From Octopus sinensis (lineage: Eukaryota), in contig NC_042998.1 of the NCBI RefSeq assembly GCF_006345805.1, positions 64,232,001 through 64,296,000 of the forward strand: a stretch of DNA of 64,000 bases, given 5' to 3'. Of the stretch, positions 1 through 12,099 are shown piece by piece. The notes under the pieces were generated by a model, which searched no databases, was not told the DNA's origin, and saw only the letters and a list, made by a program, of their open reading frames with translations. Each line of letters starts with the position of its first letter. Within the stretch, counting starts at the first letter, position 1. The position numbers and the translations under genes were made by a program.

Positions 1-423
1 AAATCCACTCAATCACACGCAGATTTTACCATAACGATAAATACGCGTGTGGTTCAATTGATACATCGACGTTATAATTCAAATGCCCCAACTAACAGCG
101 CGCCAAACTATCACGGAAAAACAAAACAGCATTTAGAATAAATGCAGCATAATTATAATTAATTAATAAGGTGAGGAAAAGATACTAATTTAATAGTATA
201 TTATTCAACACCAGTGGCCTAGTGCTCCGAGAAACTGGATTATTATAATATTTTATAACATATATAATATTTTTACAAATTAAATATAAGAGAGTGGTCA
301 CTATATGGCTCACTCTAGCACCAGTTAATCCAAAAGGTTTCAACACGAAAATACATGTTTCCATGAAAGTCAGTACGATTGTTAGCTCACACGGACAGGG
401 CAAATAAAAAATAAAACAAAATA

Positions 424-519
424 CAGATTATTTTGGGACAATTGTTTCGCTATTAATGAATTAAATGTAATTTTACTTACAAAAAAATCCATTTGTAGCT
501 CGTCGGCCAAAACTATCTG
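424..519 (-). ncRNA. Type-I hammerhead ribozyme (core mutated, CCGACGA)
   Basis: Minus strand: CAGAU-AG-UUUUGG CCGACGA GCUA...UAGC GAAAC AAUU GUC CCAAAA-UA-AUCUG. Stem I and stem II pair; stem III is minimal with a palindromic loop. Confidence 0.8.
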
Positions 520-956
520 GATGAAATCCACTCAATCACACGCCAGATTTTACCATAACGATAAATACGCGTGTGGTTCAATTGATTACATCCGACGTTA
601 TAATTCAATGCCCCAACTAACAGCGCGCCAAACTTTCACGGAAAACAAATACAGCATTTAGAAATAAATGCAGCATAATTATAATTAATTAATAAGGGTG
701 AGAGAAATAGATACTAATTTAATAGTATATCTATTCAACACCAGTGGCCTAGTGCTCCGAGAAACCTGGATTATTATAATATTTTATAACATATTATAAT
801 ATTTTTACAAAATAAATATAAGAGAGTGGTCACTATATGGCTCACTCTAGCACCAGTTAATCCAAAAGGTTTCAACCACGAAAATACATGTTTCCCATGA
901 AAGTCAGTACGATTGTTAGCTCACACGGACAGGGCAAATAAAAAATAACAAAAATA

Positions 957-1052
957 CAGATTATTTTGTGACAATTGTTTCGCTATTAATGAATTAAATG
1001 TAATTTTACTTACAAAAAAATCCATTTGTAGCACGTCAGCCAAAACTATCTG
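957..1052 (-). ncRNA. Type-I hammerhead ribozyme (core CUGACGU)
   Basis: Minus strand: UUUUGG CUGACGU GCUA...UAGC GAAAC AAUU GUC ACAAAA. The consensus with the copy at 424-519 gives canonical CUGACGA. Confidence 0.8.
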
Positions 1053-1515
1053 GATGAAATCCACTCAATCACACGCCAGATTTTACCATAACGATAAATA
1101 CGCGTGTGGTTCAATTGATTACATCCGACGTTATAATTCAAATGCCCCAACTAACAGCGCGCCAAACTTTCACGGAAAACAAATACAGCATTTAGAAATA
1201 AATGCAGCATAATTATAATTAATTAATAAGGGTGAGAGAAATAGATACTAATTTAATAGTATATCTATTCAACACCAAGTGGCCTAGTGCTCCGAGAAAC
1301 CTGGATTATTATAATATTTTATAACATATTATAATATTTTTACAAAATAAATATAAGAGAGTGGTCACTATATGGCTCACGTTATTTTTTATTTGCCCTG
1401 TCCGTGTGAGCTAACAATCGTACTGACTTTCATGGGAAACATGTATTTTCGTGGTTGAAACCTTTTGGATTAACTGGTGCTAGAGTGAGCCATATAGTGA
1501 CCACTCTCTTATATT

Positions 1516-1578
<63 letters not shown>

Positions 1579-1589
1579 GTGTGTGTGTG

Positions 1590-1730
1590 TGTGTGTTTAT
1601 ACGACGGCAAAACAGATCGATAGAATAAGTATTATGCTTACAAAGAATAAATCCAGGGGTCGATTTGTTCGACTATAGGCGGTGCTCCAGCATGGTCACA
1701 ATCAAATGACTGAAACAAATAATAGAAAAG
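1590..1730 (+). mobile_element. SINE 3' half (octopus-type, ...GGCGGTGCTCCAGCATGG...AATGACTGAAAC)
   Basis: The same tail occurs at 62270-62385 (+), 8385-8510 (-) and 44170-44290 (-). Confidence 0.7.
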
Positions 1731-2377
1731 TATATATTCACCAAGAATTTCTTAACTTTGGAAATTACGTTAATTGATGTTTTTATAGGAGGTATGAGAT
1801 TTCTATAAATCTTTTTAGGTACCTTAACATGTCTAGATTCATACAACTATTAATACTAGCACCCATACTGTCATAAAGAATAGAGCACCCCATATATATA
1901 GAACAGAGAGGAAGAAACCAATGAACTGTACACAGTCTGTTTACCCTATGCGAAAGGCGTCTCCGAAAAGATACAAATGATATGCGGCACATATGACATC
2001 AGGACAGTATTCAAGAGTAATACAACACTTCGCAAATATCTCCTTCGAGTAAAACCACCAATAGAAGAGAACAAGGCCAAAAACTGCGTGTACTCCATCT
2101 CATGCAGCTGCGGTAGGTTATACAAAGGCAAAACATGCTGCCCCCTCAAAATGGAGACCACCTCCCCCTGTGGAATGAAGATAAATTAATAGACAGGGAA
2201 CACCACTGGAAAGCACAACATTTTAAAGAAACAGCACATATGCTAGGACACAGCTATCTCCTGAGCAGAACATGTGCAGATATGAATAGCATATGGGAAC
2301 TGGTATTACATTATATATGGGAAGGATAGGAATATATTAGATTAAGAAGTCCTAAAATGCACTCCATAATTGCTTAC

Positions 2378-2445
2378 GGGCATATGTCGTAGTGGATAAT
2401 AGCGCGGCTTACCAACCCCAAGATTCCGAGTTCGATTCCAGTCAG
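2378..2445 (+). other. tRNA-like (Pol III A-box/B-box) segment inside the PLE 3' region
   Basis: A-box-like TGTCGTAGTGG at 2385-2395 and B-box GAGTTCGATTCC at 2428-2439. Confidence 0.65.
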
Positions 2446-2505
2446 AATAATAATAACATTGAAAAATACATTAGGAATAAGAACAAAGGTTCGAAATTTC
2501 CTCAA

Positions 2506-2551
2506 GACACCTGATGAAGTGTGAATGGTATATCAGGCGAAACGTTGTGTT
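2506..2551 (+). ncRNA. Minimal PLE-type hammerhead motif
   Basis: GACAC CUGAUGA A gugugaaugguauaucaggc GAAACGUU GUGUU. Stem I is GACAC/GUGUU, the palindrome AACGUU replaces stem III, and stem II is partly decayed. Confidence 0.7.
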
Positions 2552-2862
2552 AACTACAAACAAGATGATGACAAATATACGTCAAATGTAAATAATGTAA
2601 ATAATGTACATAATTTCTCATCACTTAAATATAGAAGAGTATCGCTGTTTCCTTCAATTTCGCAGCTGAGAATGAGAACAATGATGAAACTGCATCGACC
2701 ACGACACCAGGTTGCATATCCATCAGTGTGCAGCCGATGCAGAAAAGGAAGTTGTAAATATAAATAACTGTCATATAAATTATTGAAATCTCCGTTTTCC
2801 TTATCATTATTAATACTTTTAAGATCATTACATACTGTATGGAGATTATGCAGTCCTGAATA

Positions 2863-2911
<49 letters not shown>

Positions 2912-3368
2912 ATGTATTATGTATGTATGTAGGCGTGTATGTGCATATTTATTTTAATAACACCGTATTTATGCAAGTAAACATTTAAATTCTTTTCACA
3001 TGATAAGCGTTTTTACAAAACAGTTTAACTATAGAAATATTAATGCATACTTCCACGGGGTGAGATTCACAGAAACAAATATCCATTACAGAAAATATTT
3101 GGTATAAGAAAGAGTTTACGTATAAGGGACATTTTAGTGCATGGTGTAGCTAAAAGACGTACCCTGTAGCATAGAATTGTAACAAATACAGAACAATGCA
3201 TTAAGTGAAAGACTAGTCTTCGTTTACCTGTGACCTACTGAATCATTGAATTCCATTTCAAGACATAAGCGTAGCCAGAGAAATAACGATTGAAACAGTT
3301 ATAGAAGTAATATATTTGCATGTACTTTCCCTCCAGTCTTTATATAGATTTCTATGCGTATTAATCAA

Positions 3369-3418
<50 letters not shown>

Positions 3419-4101
3419 TGTGTGTGTGTAGTTTGTACCTCCGCATGGCCGCACGCTAACGTCTGAATGGAGTAAATATCTATACATGTTGTTTGTGTTC
3501 TGTATTAATAAAGCTTATATTGTAAACAGCTCTAAAGGTGTAAGCAATATTACATACATTGTAGTGTCATGCGTAAGTAATTATTTTCACAAATAATATT
3601 GCAGGTGCACGTCACACCTGATGGAAATATTAAAAATGAAAATTATTTTCAAGCATTTCATACACAATCTTTGTAATTTTCTATGCCTACTTACGTGGTT
3701 TTTGGTTCGAAACTGAAAGTGAAGTAGAAAAATTAATATAGTAATTTCACGATAGCTATGCAATAAAACACTGAGTAAGCCTACCGTAATACAGTTAACA
3801 TTCTGCGATATATAATTCAGAACACGTTTTTTAAGACACAGAGATGAGTGTAATAAGGAGGCACGCATAACTGCAATCCAATACAAGAAATATTTGCAAT
3901 TAATGTCAGAAGACTTATTTTATCTGTCTCTTTTGCCGAACCGCTATATTACGTGAACTTAAACATACCAACATCTGTTGTCAAGCTATTGTGGGAGGGA
4001 CAAACACAGACACAAAAACGTATGCATGTACATCCATATAAACATAGATACGTGCATATATGTATGTATATATGTATGTATGCATTTATGTATACATACA
4101 T

Positions 4102-4165
<64 letters not shown>

Positions 4166-4832
4166 ATATATGAAATATGAAGCATGCCCAAATACTGACA
4201 TACAAAATGCAATACTATATTCGACACGCGGCAATATCCACCCAAATGTACATGTTATAAGTTTGTTATAAAACAAGATATGCACTGGTCGAGACAGATT
4301 AAGGAATAATTAGGAATACGAACGTAATGCCTTTAAGTAACCATTTCTTTTTGAACAGCTAGTATACTAAACAGAATATGTGAGAATCATGTAAGGAGAC
4401 TAAGATTAAAATATCATACTTAATAACACACCGTCTTTTTTATTAATTTCGTACAAATGATATTTTAAACAGGTGCATGCTAATTTAGCAGATAATGGAA
4501 ACGAAACCAATTTATATAAAAACTTAATCACAATTCTGTTTCATGTGAAATTCCTAATGGAATATGAAACGTTTGTATTCAACGGATTATATATATATTT
4601 CATTTTATTTTTCTTTTGCATGCATTTAATGTACTCGAAACAAGTGATAAGCTGCCGCGTATTCGAATAACCTATAATGGTATGCTAAAAGTAATGCCAC
4701 TCTCACTCTCTCTCTCCCTCTCTCTTTCTCTCTCTCTCTCTCTTTCTCTCCAGAAATCCAGAGTTATTCAGTGATATAAGCCATTAGTTAACGCATTCTG
4801 TTTCTAAATTTTTGTTAATCCAATGAGTTAGG

Positions 4833-4928
4833 ATACTCCAGTTTTGTTACAGTATAGCTATACACGTGTGTATAAATACACACACATACGCATACACAGA
4901 CACAGACACACACACACACACACATACA

Positions 4929-4979
<51 letters not shown>

Positions 4980-5137
4980 CTGTAAATGTAATATATGACA
5001 ATTATTCGGTAGCCATGATGAAACTTGGAGTTTCGGATATGGGGGTGGAAATCCACTCCGCCATCTCTTCAGTTATCCGGCCATCGGAAAAAGCATTTTA
5101 TGATGGCTACCGAATAATTGTCATATATTACAGTTAC

Positions 5138-5182
<45 letters not shown>

Positions 5183-5301
5183 ATATATATGTGTGTGTGG
5201 TGTGTGTGTGTGTGTGTATGTGTGTGTGTGTGTCTGTGCATGCGTATGTGTGTGTATTTATACACACGTGTATAGCTATACTGTAACAAAAGCTGGTGTA
5301 T
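4833..5301. mobile_element. Foldback (inverted-arm) insertion with an HHR motif in the spacer
   Basis: 4833-5023 is the reverse complement of 5096-5301, including the internal (CA)n/(TA)n and the end TATACACACGTGTATAGCTATACTGTAACAAAA. Confidence 0.8.
5017..5078 (-). ncRNA. Hammerhead motif (slightly degenerate)
   Basis: Minus strand: GGAUAA CUGAAGA G-AUGG..GUGGA UU UCCAC..CCAU-AUCC GAAAC UCCAA GUU UCAUC. Confidence 0.6.
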
Positions 5302-5328
5302 ATATATGTGCATGTATGTATGTATGTA

Positions 5329-5392
<64 letters not shown>

Positions 5393-5521
5393 TAAGATAA
5401 AACTTACTTAGAAATGGGTGCATGCGTTCCGTCATATAATAAATTAATAAATAAAACATATGCATATATACATACATATATGTACGTACCTACATCTATA
5501 TGTATATATACATGCATATAT

Positions 5522-5870
5522 GGGTATAGGACACCCAAAATACGTCGAACACGATGACAAACGAAAATATAATCACAAAACCAAGGAAATGGACATTTTT
5601 CTTAAATAATGAAAAAATAGACTACAAGACATACAACTTAAGGAAAATTCCCCTTCTTCAGCCACCTCTGTTTCATTGACTCTGCGTTTCGAAGGTAAAG
5701 GCGAGACACGACTTCATTGAAACAGTCCTTCCAGCAAAAGCAGATTAAATAAAAATTGCGATTTTTTTGCGGAGGAATAAAAATGTTAACAAAAACAGGA
5801 CAGCTAAGACAGTACAAAATATAAACAGTAAAATACAGGACAAGGATAATAACAGTAACACAAACATGTG
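5522..5870 (-). mobile_element. Non-coding repeat between microsatellites carrying hammerhead half-motifs
   Basis: Flanked by (TA)/(TG) tracts. The minus strand has GAAAC GCAGA GUC followed by CUGAAGA. Confidence 0.4.
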
Positions 5871-6304
5871 TGTGTGTGTGTGTGTCATTGTGTCTCTCTT
5901 TGTCCCCCACCCACCGCTAGGCAAACGGTGCTGTAGTCCGTTAAAAAGGGCCCGAATGAGTAAGTACTAGATTTATAAAAAGAAATACCGGGATCGATTT
6001 TTCGACTGAAACTCTTCATGTCTCACCCTATAGAAATACAGTGTACACATATTGCCTGTATTTCCACTCAGGTCATAAAAAATGTTTTCCTAGATTCGAG
6101 TGAAAGTTAGTGCTTAAGCTAATGGAATCGTGATATAATAAAGAGTATATTTTCAAAAGACTGTTGATATTCCAAAATTACGCGACGCGCTATTTTTGAG
6201 CAAAATATTTCCTTTCAACATCGTCTAGCCAAATTGTCTTACCAAAACTTGTAGCTTGCTATGAAGCCATCGTCCCTTCAAGTGTAGCTAATATATACAT
6301 CACA

Positions 6305-6478
6305 TTTCGCCTGCCGCTACGTACTTAGTTCAAATTCTGCCGAAGTCGACTTTGCCTTTCATCCTTTCGGGGTCGATTAAATAATTTCCAGTTACGCACT
6401 GGGGTCGATGTAATCGATTTAATCCCTTTGTCTGTCCTTTGCCCCCCCCCCATGTGGGGCAATGAGGAAATAAATATA
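6305..6478 (+). mobile_element. SINE fragment (GTTCAAATTCTGCCGAAGTCGACTTTGCCTTTCATCCTTTCGGGGTCG core)
   Basis: B-box-like GTTCAAAT followed by a conserved SINE body. A related decayed copy lies on the minus strand at ~17620-17810. Confidence 0.6.
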
Positions 6479-8384
6479 TACGCCACAGTATCCGGGGACC
6501 ATCCATACAAGTGCATCCCTGGGGAGGAGCCTCTATTTGTAGGGAAATACGTGCAGAATTAAAGGCATGTAACAGTCAAAGCAAGTTGACAGTAACGTAT
6601 ATTTGCATTGCTATTTTCTTTCCTAACTAGTTGCATTATTCAGAATGGCAATATAATTCCTATTTGACAAATTAGAGTTAAAAGAATGTATTTGCTACGT
6701 GCTTACAGTGTACGACCACTCTGGAATTGACTTCACGTGACGAATAAGGCATGAAAAGTTAAACTTTAGTTCACGAATACTGCTTTGAATCTTCAGCAAT
6801 TTGCAGTGAAAAGATATCGCGTTGAAATGCAGACATATAATTGTGAAGTTGTAATGGCAGTAAAAGTGAACAGGTTACACGTATATACATAATCAAAATA
6901 ACCAGCATAAGTCTAGTTCTGAGCAGAGAGTTTACTTAGATGTGTCCCCCTCCATATAACCACTGTCATTAATGAATTATCATGAAGAATTTAAAAGAAT
7001 CCTGCCCGCCGGTAACGCATAATAAAAATTGGAGAATGGAGCGACAGATTTTTTCAACAGTCTATGGTCTACCTCTGCAGAAAACTTTCTAGGTGGTATG
7101 ACGCTGCAGAAGACTTTCTAAGTGGTGTGCCGCTGCAGAAGACTTTTGTATCGTTTAAAAATGAAAAATGGATTTTAGTGTACCACGTGATTATGGATAC
7201 TATTATAAGCTAACAAAAGTTCCTTTAGTTTGTCTTCCCACATAGCCTGCATGTAAATAACAGCGAATGCCTCATAAATTAAAATTAGTATGTAGTTTTC
7301 TTAAAGATACGTAAAGGTTTCGCTAGTGGAAGCAAAACTCTTATTTAAAGATGGATTCATGGGGACGAATATATCTGATTATTTAAAAAACGCTGGAATG
7401 ACAATGCGAAAATTTATTTCAAACGATGGAAAGCAGTCGGAATATAATAATGGTTGGGAAAATAAGCATCCTTAAAGTGAAACAGCGCAATGGTAGGTAA
7501 GCAAATTTATTAACAAATAGAAGAAAGGAAACGGAACATCACCTTTGAAGTAACTCAGAATAGGTAAAGGTAAGCTTGACAAAGTTGAATGCAGCTTAAA
7601 GATGGAGATTAAGATTGTTTGGCATTGGATATTCATCGCGTAGTGTTCCTAGCCAATTTAATCACAGTCGCATGTGGACAGTCGAAATAAATAAATAGAC
7701 AAAATCCTTTCATTTTTATAATATTCTCTAATTAAAACTCAAACTATACACAGCAATACACATATTAAATAAATATAGAAAGTAATTTTACACAGTTACA
7801 ACATATAAATAAATAATAGATAAAAGATATGATAACCACTAAAAAATTCTCTAATGCTAATATCCGACCATATAGAGTTAAAAAGTATGGAGGAACCTAC
7901 ATACAAAAAACTATGTACATACAACGCATTTGGATAAATATTTTAAATAAATGTAAACATGTATTTACATGATAGAAAATTACCAGAGACATAACACGTT
8001 TTGTGCTAAAAATAACAGAAAAATAAGATGTTTTGAATAAATCTTTTAAATTAATATAAACATTTATTTACATGAAAACAAAATGACAGCTTCCAAATAC
8101 TGTTTCCTGGCTATGTTACGGCGTAGGTTGACAGTTGAAATAAATAAATAGACTAAACTCGTTTCACTTTAATAAAAAGATTTACAACGTATTGAAAATT
8201 CTACATACACAAAATTAGGTGCCTTTACGTCCATTTACGCGGGATCAATGGTCAAAATGTTATAGTACATGATCATCCTTAGGTCAAGTGTTATATGTGT
8301 GTAAAGTTTAGAGAAAATCAGTTGAGAATTGTGGAAATGTATGTGAAAATAGATCACATTATACACACTGTGACCTATATTCTT

Positions 8385-8560
8385 TTATTTTTTACTCTTT
8401 TACTCGTTTCAGTCACTTGAGTGTGGCCATGTTAGAGCACCGCCTTTAGACGAGCAAAACGACTCCAGGACTTATTCTCCGTAAGCCTAGTACTTAATCT
8501 ATTGGTTACTTTTGCCGAAGCACACCAGCATCGGTTGCAAAGCGATGTTGGGGGGGACAC
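8385..8560 (-). mobile_element. SINE 3' half
   Basis: Reverse complement of the tail at 62200-62385. Confidence 0.7.
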
Positions 8561-8672
8561 ATACACACAAACATGCACACACACACACACATGCACACAT
8601 ACATACACACAAACACATATGTATATATATATGTATATATATATGTATATATATATATATATATATATCAAT

Positions 8673-8710
<38 letters not shown>

Positions 8711-8732
8711 TATGCATGTGTCTACATATACA

Positions 8733-9559
8733 TGGTCTGGTCAATAATTATACGGATTGTTGCCATAGCAGAGTAAAGCCCCTTGGCAAATATTCACCTG
8801 GAACACTGTTGTGAATGTACGTTAAGGTTTGCCGTTCTACCTTACTTCCGCTTTTTAAAACAGTGCTTGGAAAGATGGTCTGTCAGGTGTGATTGTTGCA
8901 TTGGCCTCGAGAATTTGTTATGCCGATACTTACTCAGTGGCCTACGCAAAGTTACAAGATGTGTATGGAGCGGAGTGCTTGAGCTGCACTTAAATGTACG
9001 AGTTGTTCAGACTCTTCCATGATGACCAAAAAACGTCGATATTGACAAACGATCTGAGAGACACGCAACCAGCAGAACTGAGAAACACATCGTAAATATG
9101 TGTGCAGATGTGCGGGAGTGTGGTGGTCATCGAATCACAACCCATGAGTTATCAGGGGATGTGCAGATTAGTTACGTTCAGTTTATTATTAATGAATGTT
9201 TGGGATTAAGATGCGTGCCTGTAAGTTTGTGCCAAAACTGAATTCAGCCTACCAATATGACACAAGATCTCCTTGATTGTGTTGAGAACAATGAAATGAT
9301 TTTGAGCAGGTATCGCCAAGATTTTGTCAAGATTTGATGCAGATTCTCAGCTTAACTTTCCCTCTCATGGTCAATGCAGCGATCACACGCTACATACTTT
9401 CCTTCCATCCAATCCTGTAAGCAGTGCAAGTGAGCTAGAACTTTAAAACTTACTGCGCATGTGCAGCAGAGTTCAAGGTGAATCTCTACCAAGATGTTTT
9501 ACTCTGCATGCTTTAAATTCCTTACTATTACAACTGCCCGGATACTTTCTGATCAGGCC
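8733..9559 (+). mobile_element. Decayed mariner-like DNA transposon
   Basis: Imperfect TIRs GGTCTGGTCAATAATTATACGGA and (rc) GGCCTGATCAGAAAGTATCCGGG. An internal frameshifted LGLRCVP..FVPKL resembles the mariner WVP region. Confidence 0.55.
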
Positions 9560-11739
9560 ACACACACAAAATACATCCATACATGCATACATACACACAC
9601 ACACACACACACATACACATATATATATATGTATGTATGTATGCTTATATAATGGTGATTTTGTGTTTATTACAATATATTCTTGTGTATCACATATTTA
9701 GCCTTATATCGTCCTATATTCCTATATGGTATGCTATTATTTGGGGGGTATATAGCGCATGAACTTCATGTTGAATAAAACATCAGTGTTATGCAAAATG
9801 CATTGCACAAGATTAACCACGAATCATTTATTTCAATAGGCATGTATTTGCATGTAAAAGAAAAAAAAGTCACTCGTTAAAAACAGTGACTTCCCCTATT
9901 TCAGAACGTGACAAAATTTCAGAAAATATTTCATCGTAATTTTCACTCACATTCTCAATTTCTCCTTCCTTTCTCCAATAAACAATATGTAAGCTTTTTT
10001 CACAAATTGTATTTTGCTTTTCGACTCCCACTCTTTAAATATCACCTCATTTCGAAGATTAAAAGCAGTGGTATATAACATAAAATTCCAATGCACTGAT
10101 AGCAACGTCCTTATGTTTACTGCGGGACATTTTTTGAGGTGAAAATAATTTTCACATGTCATTTACTATCTATGATTGTCACGAAGATGTTTATGATAAG
10201 TGAATTCTTTAATATCTTTTATTTTCACTTAGTGTTATCGGCCTAATAAGCAGTCGGTTGCAACTAATGCGGTTTTATGGTCTCTACACATGTATATAGG
10301 ATGATATGAAACTCACTAAACGTGAATGGGAAATGTCATAGACTTGAAACGAAGGACTGCAGACAATATTTGCATTGCAGTTTAATGCAATCAAACAATC
10401 AAATTTCGAAACTTTAAAAAATTGATGTCTCTCCTATTACTGAAACATACAGGATTATATGTGCGTTTATGGATTCCGATGCCTCACCCACATCACAGTT
10501 TTCATATCCTGGACTGATCTCTTTAGAACATTTTCCTTCGTAATGTGTTTGTTTCAGGAATTCCGTTTCCATGGAGCTATGATATAGAAACTCTTGAAAT
10601 CAAAATGAAAATGTTAATATTCAGTAAATTTCGCTATTGACCGCTTAAGACGGTGGCATTAATCAGATAAATAGAGTTATTTATGAAAATTAAATCAAAT
10701 ATATTTTTAATGTATTTATTATACGCAATGATCAATTCAATGAAAGGGAGTTCATAACCGTCTTTTCTAATATAACAAACAATATTCTTATACAGTCTAT
10801 TCTTAACTATCATAACGGGCAAGGAATTAAAATATACATCGATAACATGAATCTTCCACTGCTAAATTAATGCTTCACTTATAATAATATATCACTAGAT
10901 GTGATTTTTCTGTTGCGTTTGTATAATGAACAGTAGTAGTCTGTTTTATTTTCCTCGTGTGACATTATAGAACACATAACGTTGTATGCTTTAAATATGA
11001 ATAGATCCATTACAAGGCTCGAAATATTAATTGGAGTTCTATTTTACAACAATTAATATTAATATTTCCCTAAAAGAGTCTCACATTCCCCTGTTCAAAT
11101 ATTTGCGAAAGCCTTTGGGTTACAGTTCTCTTTCATCGCAGGCTTCATTTTAAACAGTCATTTATTAAACGACCATTTTTTTCGAATGATCATAAAAATT
11201 AATTAAAACCTGGAGATCATGTGCTAAAACATTTAGCGAAAATACCAAATATTACAATTTTAAAATTATTATTTCTGGATTTAATATCTGAAAGTCACAA
11301 TACATTGGAAATAAAAGGACAAAATATACTTCACATTCCGAATTTGTGCACAGGTAATGAACAATCGAACGAGAAATATGAAACAAAAGAAATAATTGAT
11401 ATAACATAGGTAATTTCAAATGACACAATTCATATATGTAATTTACATGAAAATCCAGAGCTAAGTGGGGCTGAGTATAATTGATTCAGAAAGAAATTTA
11501 TAGTTAGAATCTTCAATGCTATAAAGATATGTGGTCGTTACATTCATAAGTAATATTAAATTATGAAAATAGCTGCAAGAGTAACTTGTTCATGCAAAAT
11601 ATATACTTGTGTTGGTGGCAAAGTCATTTGTATAGTGATAGAAAATCATTTAGTTAATTAATTCTGGCCAAGAATTTAAGAGGTGGTATGCACACACACA
11701 CACACGCTCGTACACAAACACACGCATTATATATTTATA

Positions 11740-11790
<51 letters not shown>

Positions 11791-11894
11791 GATATATATA
11801 TATATAGATATATATATATATATGCATATATATATAAATTCTGGTACCTCAAATGAAGTGCCATATTCATCTGAATCTATATATATATATATAC

Positions 11895-11980
<86 letters not shown>

Positions 11981-11998
11981 TATATATATATATACATA

Positions 11999-12067
<69 letters not shown>

Positions 12068-12099
12068 ATATATATATATTCAAAATATAGTAAACTAAA

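Larger units (their letters stand above)
1..1520 (-). mobile_element. Tandem array of a ~533-bp hammerhead-containing monomer (retrozyme/PLE pseudo-LTR-like) with a terminal inverted arm, abutting (TA)n
   Basis: AAATCCACTCAATCACACGC recurs at ~1, ~524 and ~1057. 1381-1520 is the reverse complement of ~809-949 and runs into (TA)n at 1521. One HHR per full monomer on the minus strand. The left end lies outside the window. Confidence 0.85.
1901..2640 (+). mobile_element. 5'-truncated Penelope-like element: GIY-YIG endonuclease remnant plus a 3' region with a tRNA-like segment and an HHR
   Basis: TVCLPYAKGVSEKIQMICGTYDIRTVFK...NCVYSISCSCGRLYKGKT matches the PLE LPY / VYxIxCxCGxxYIG pattern. It continues, frameshifted, as ...LIDREHHWKAQHFKETAHM. 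Confidence 0.85.

Noticed and set aside
7677-8170. ~40-bp direct repeat GACAGTYGAAATAAATAAATAGAC at ~7677 and ~8130
   Set aside because: Short and AT-rich; no element boundaries could be defined.
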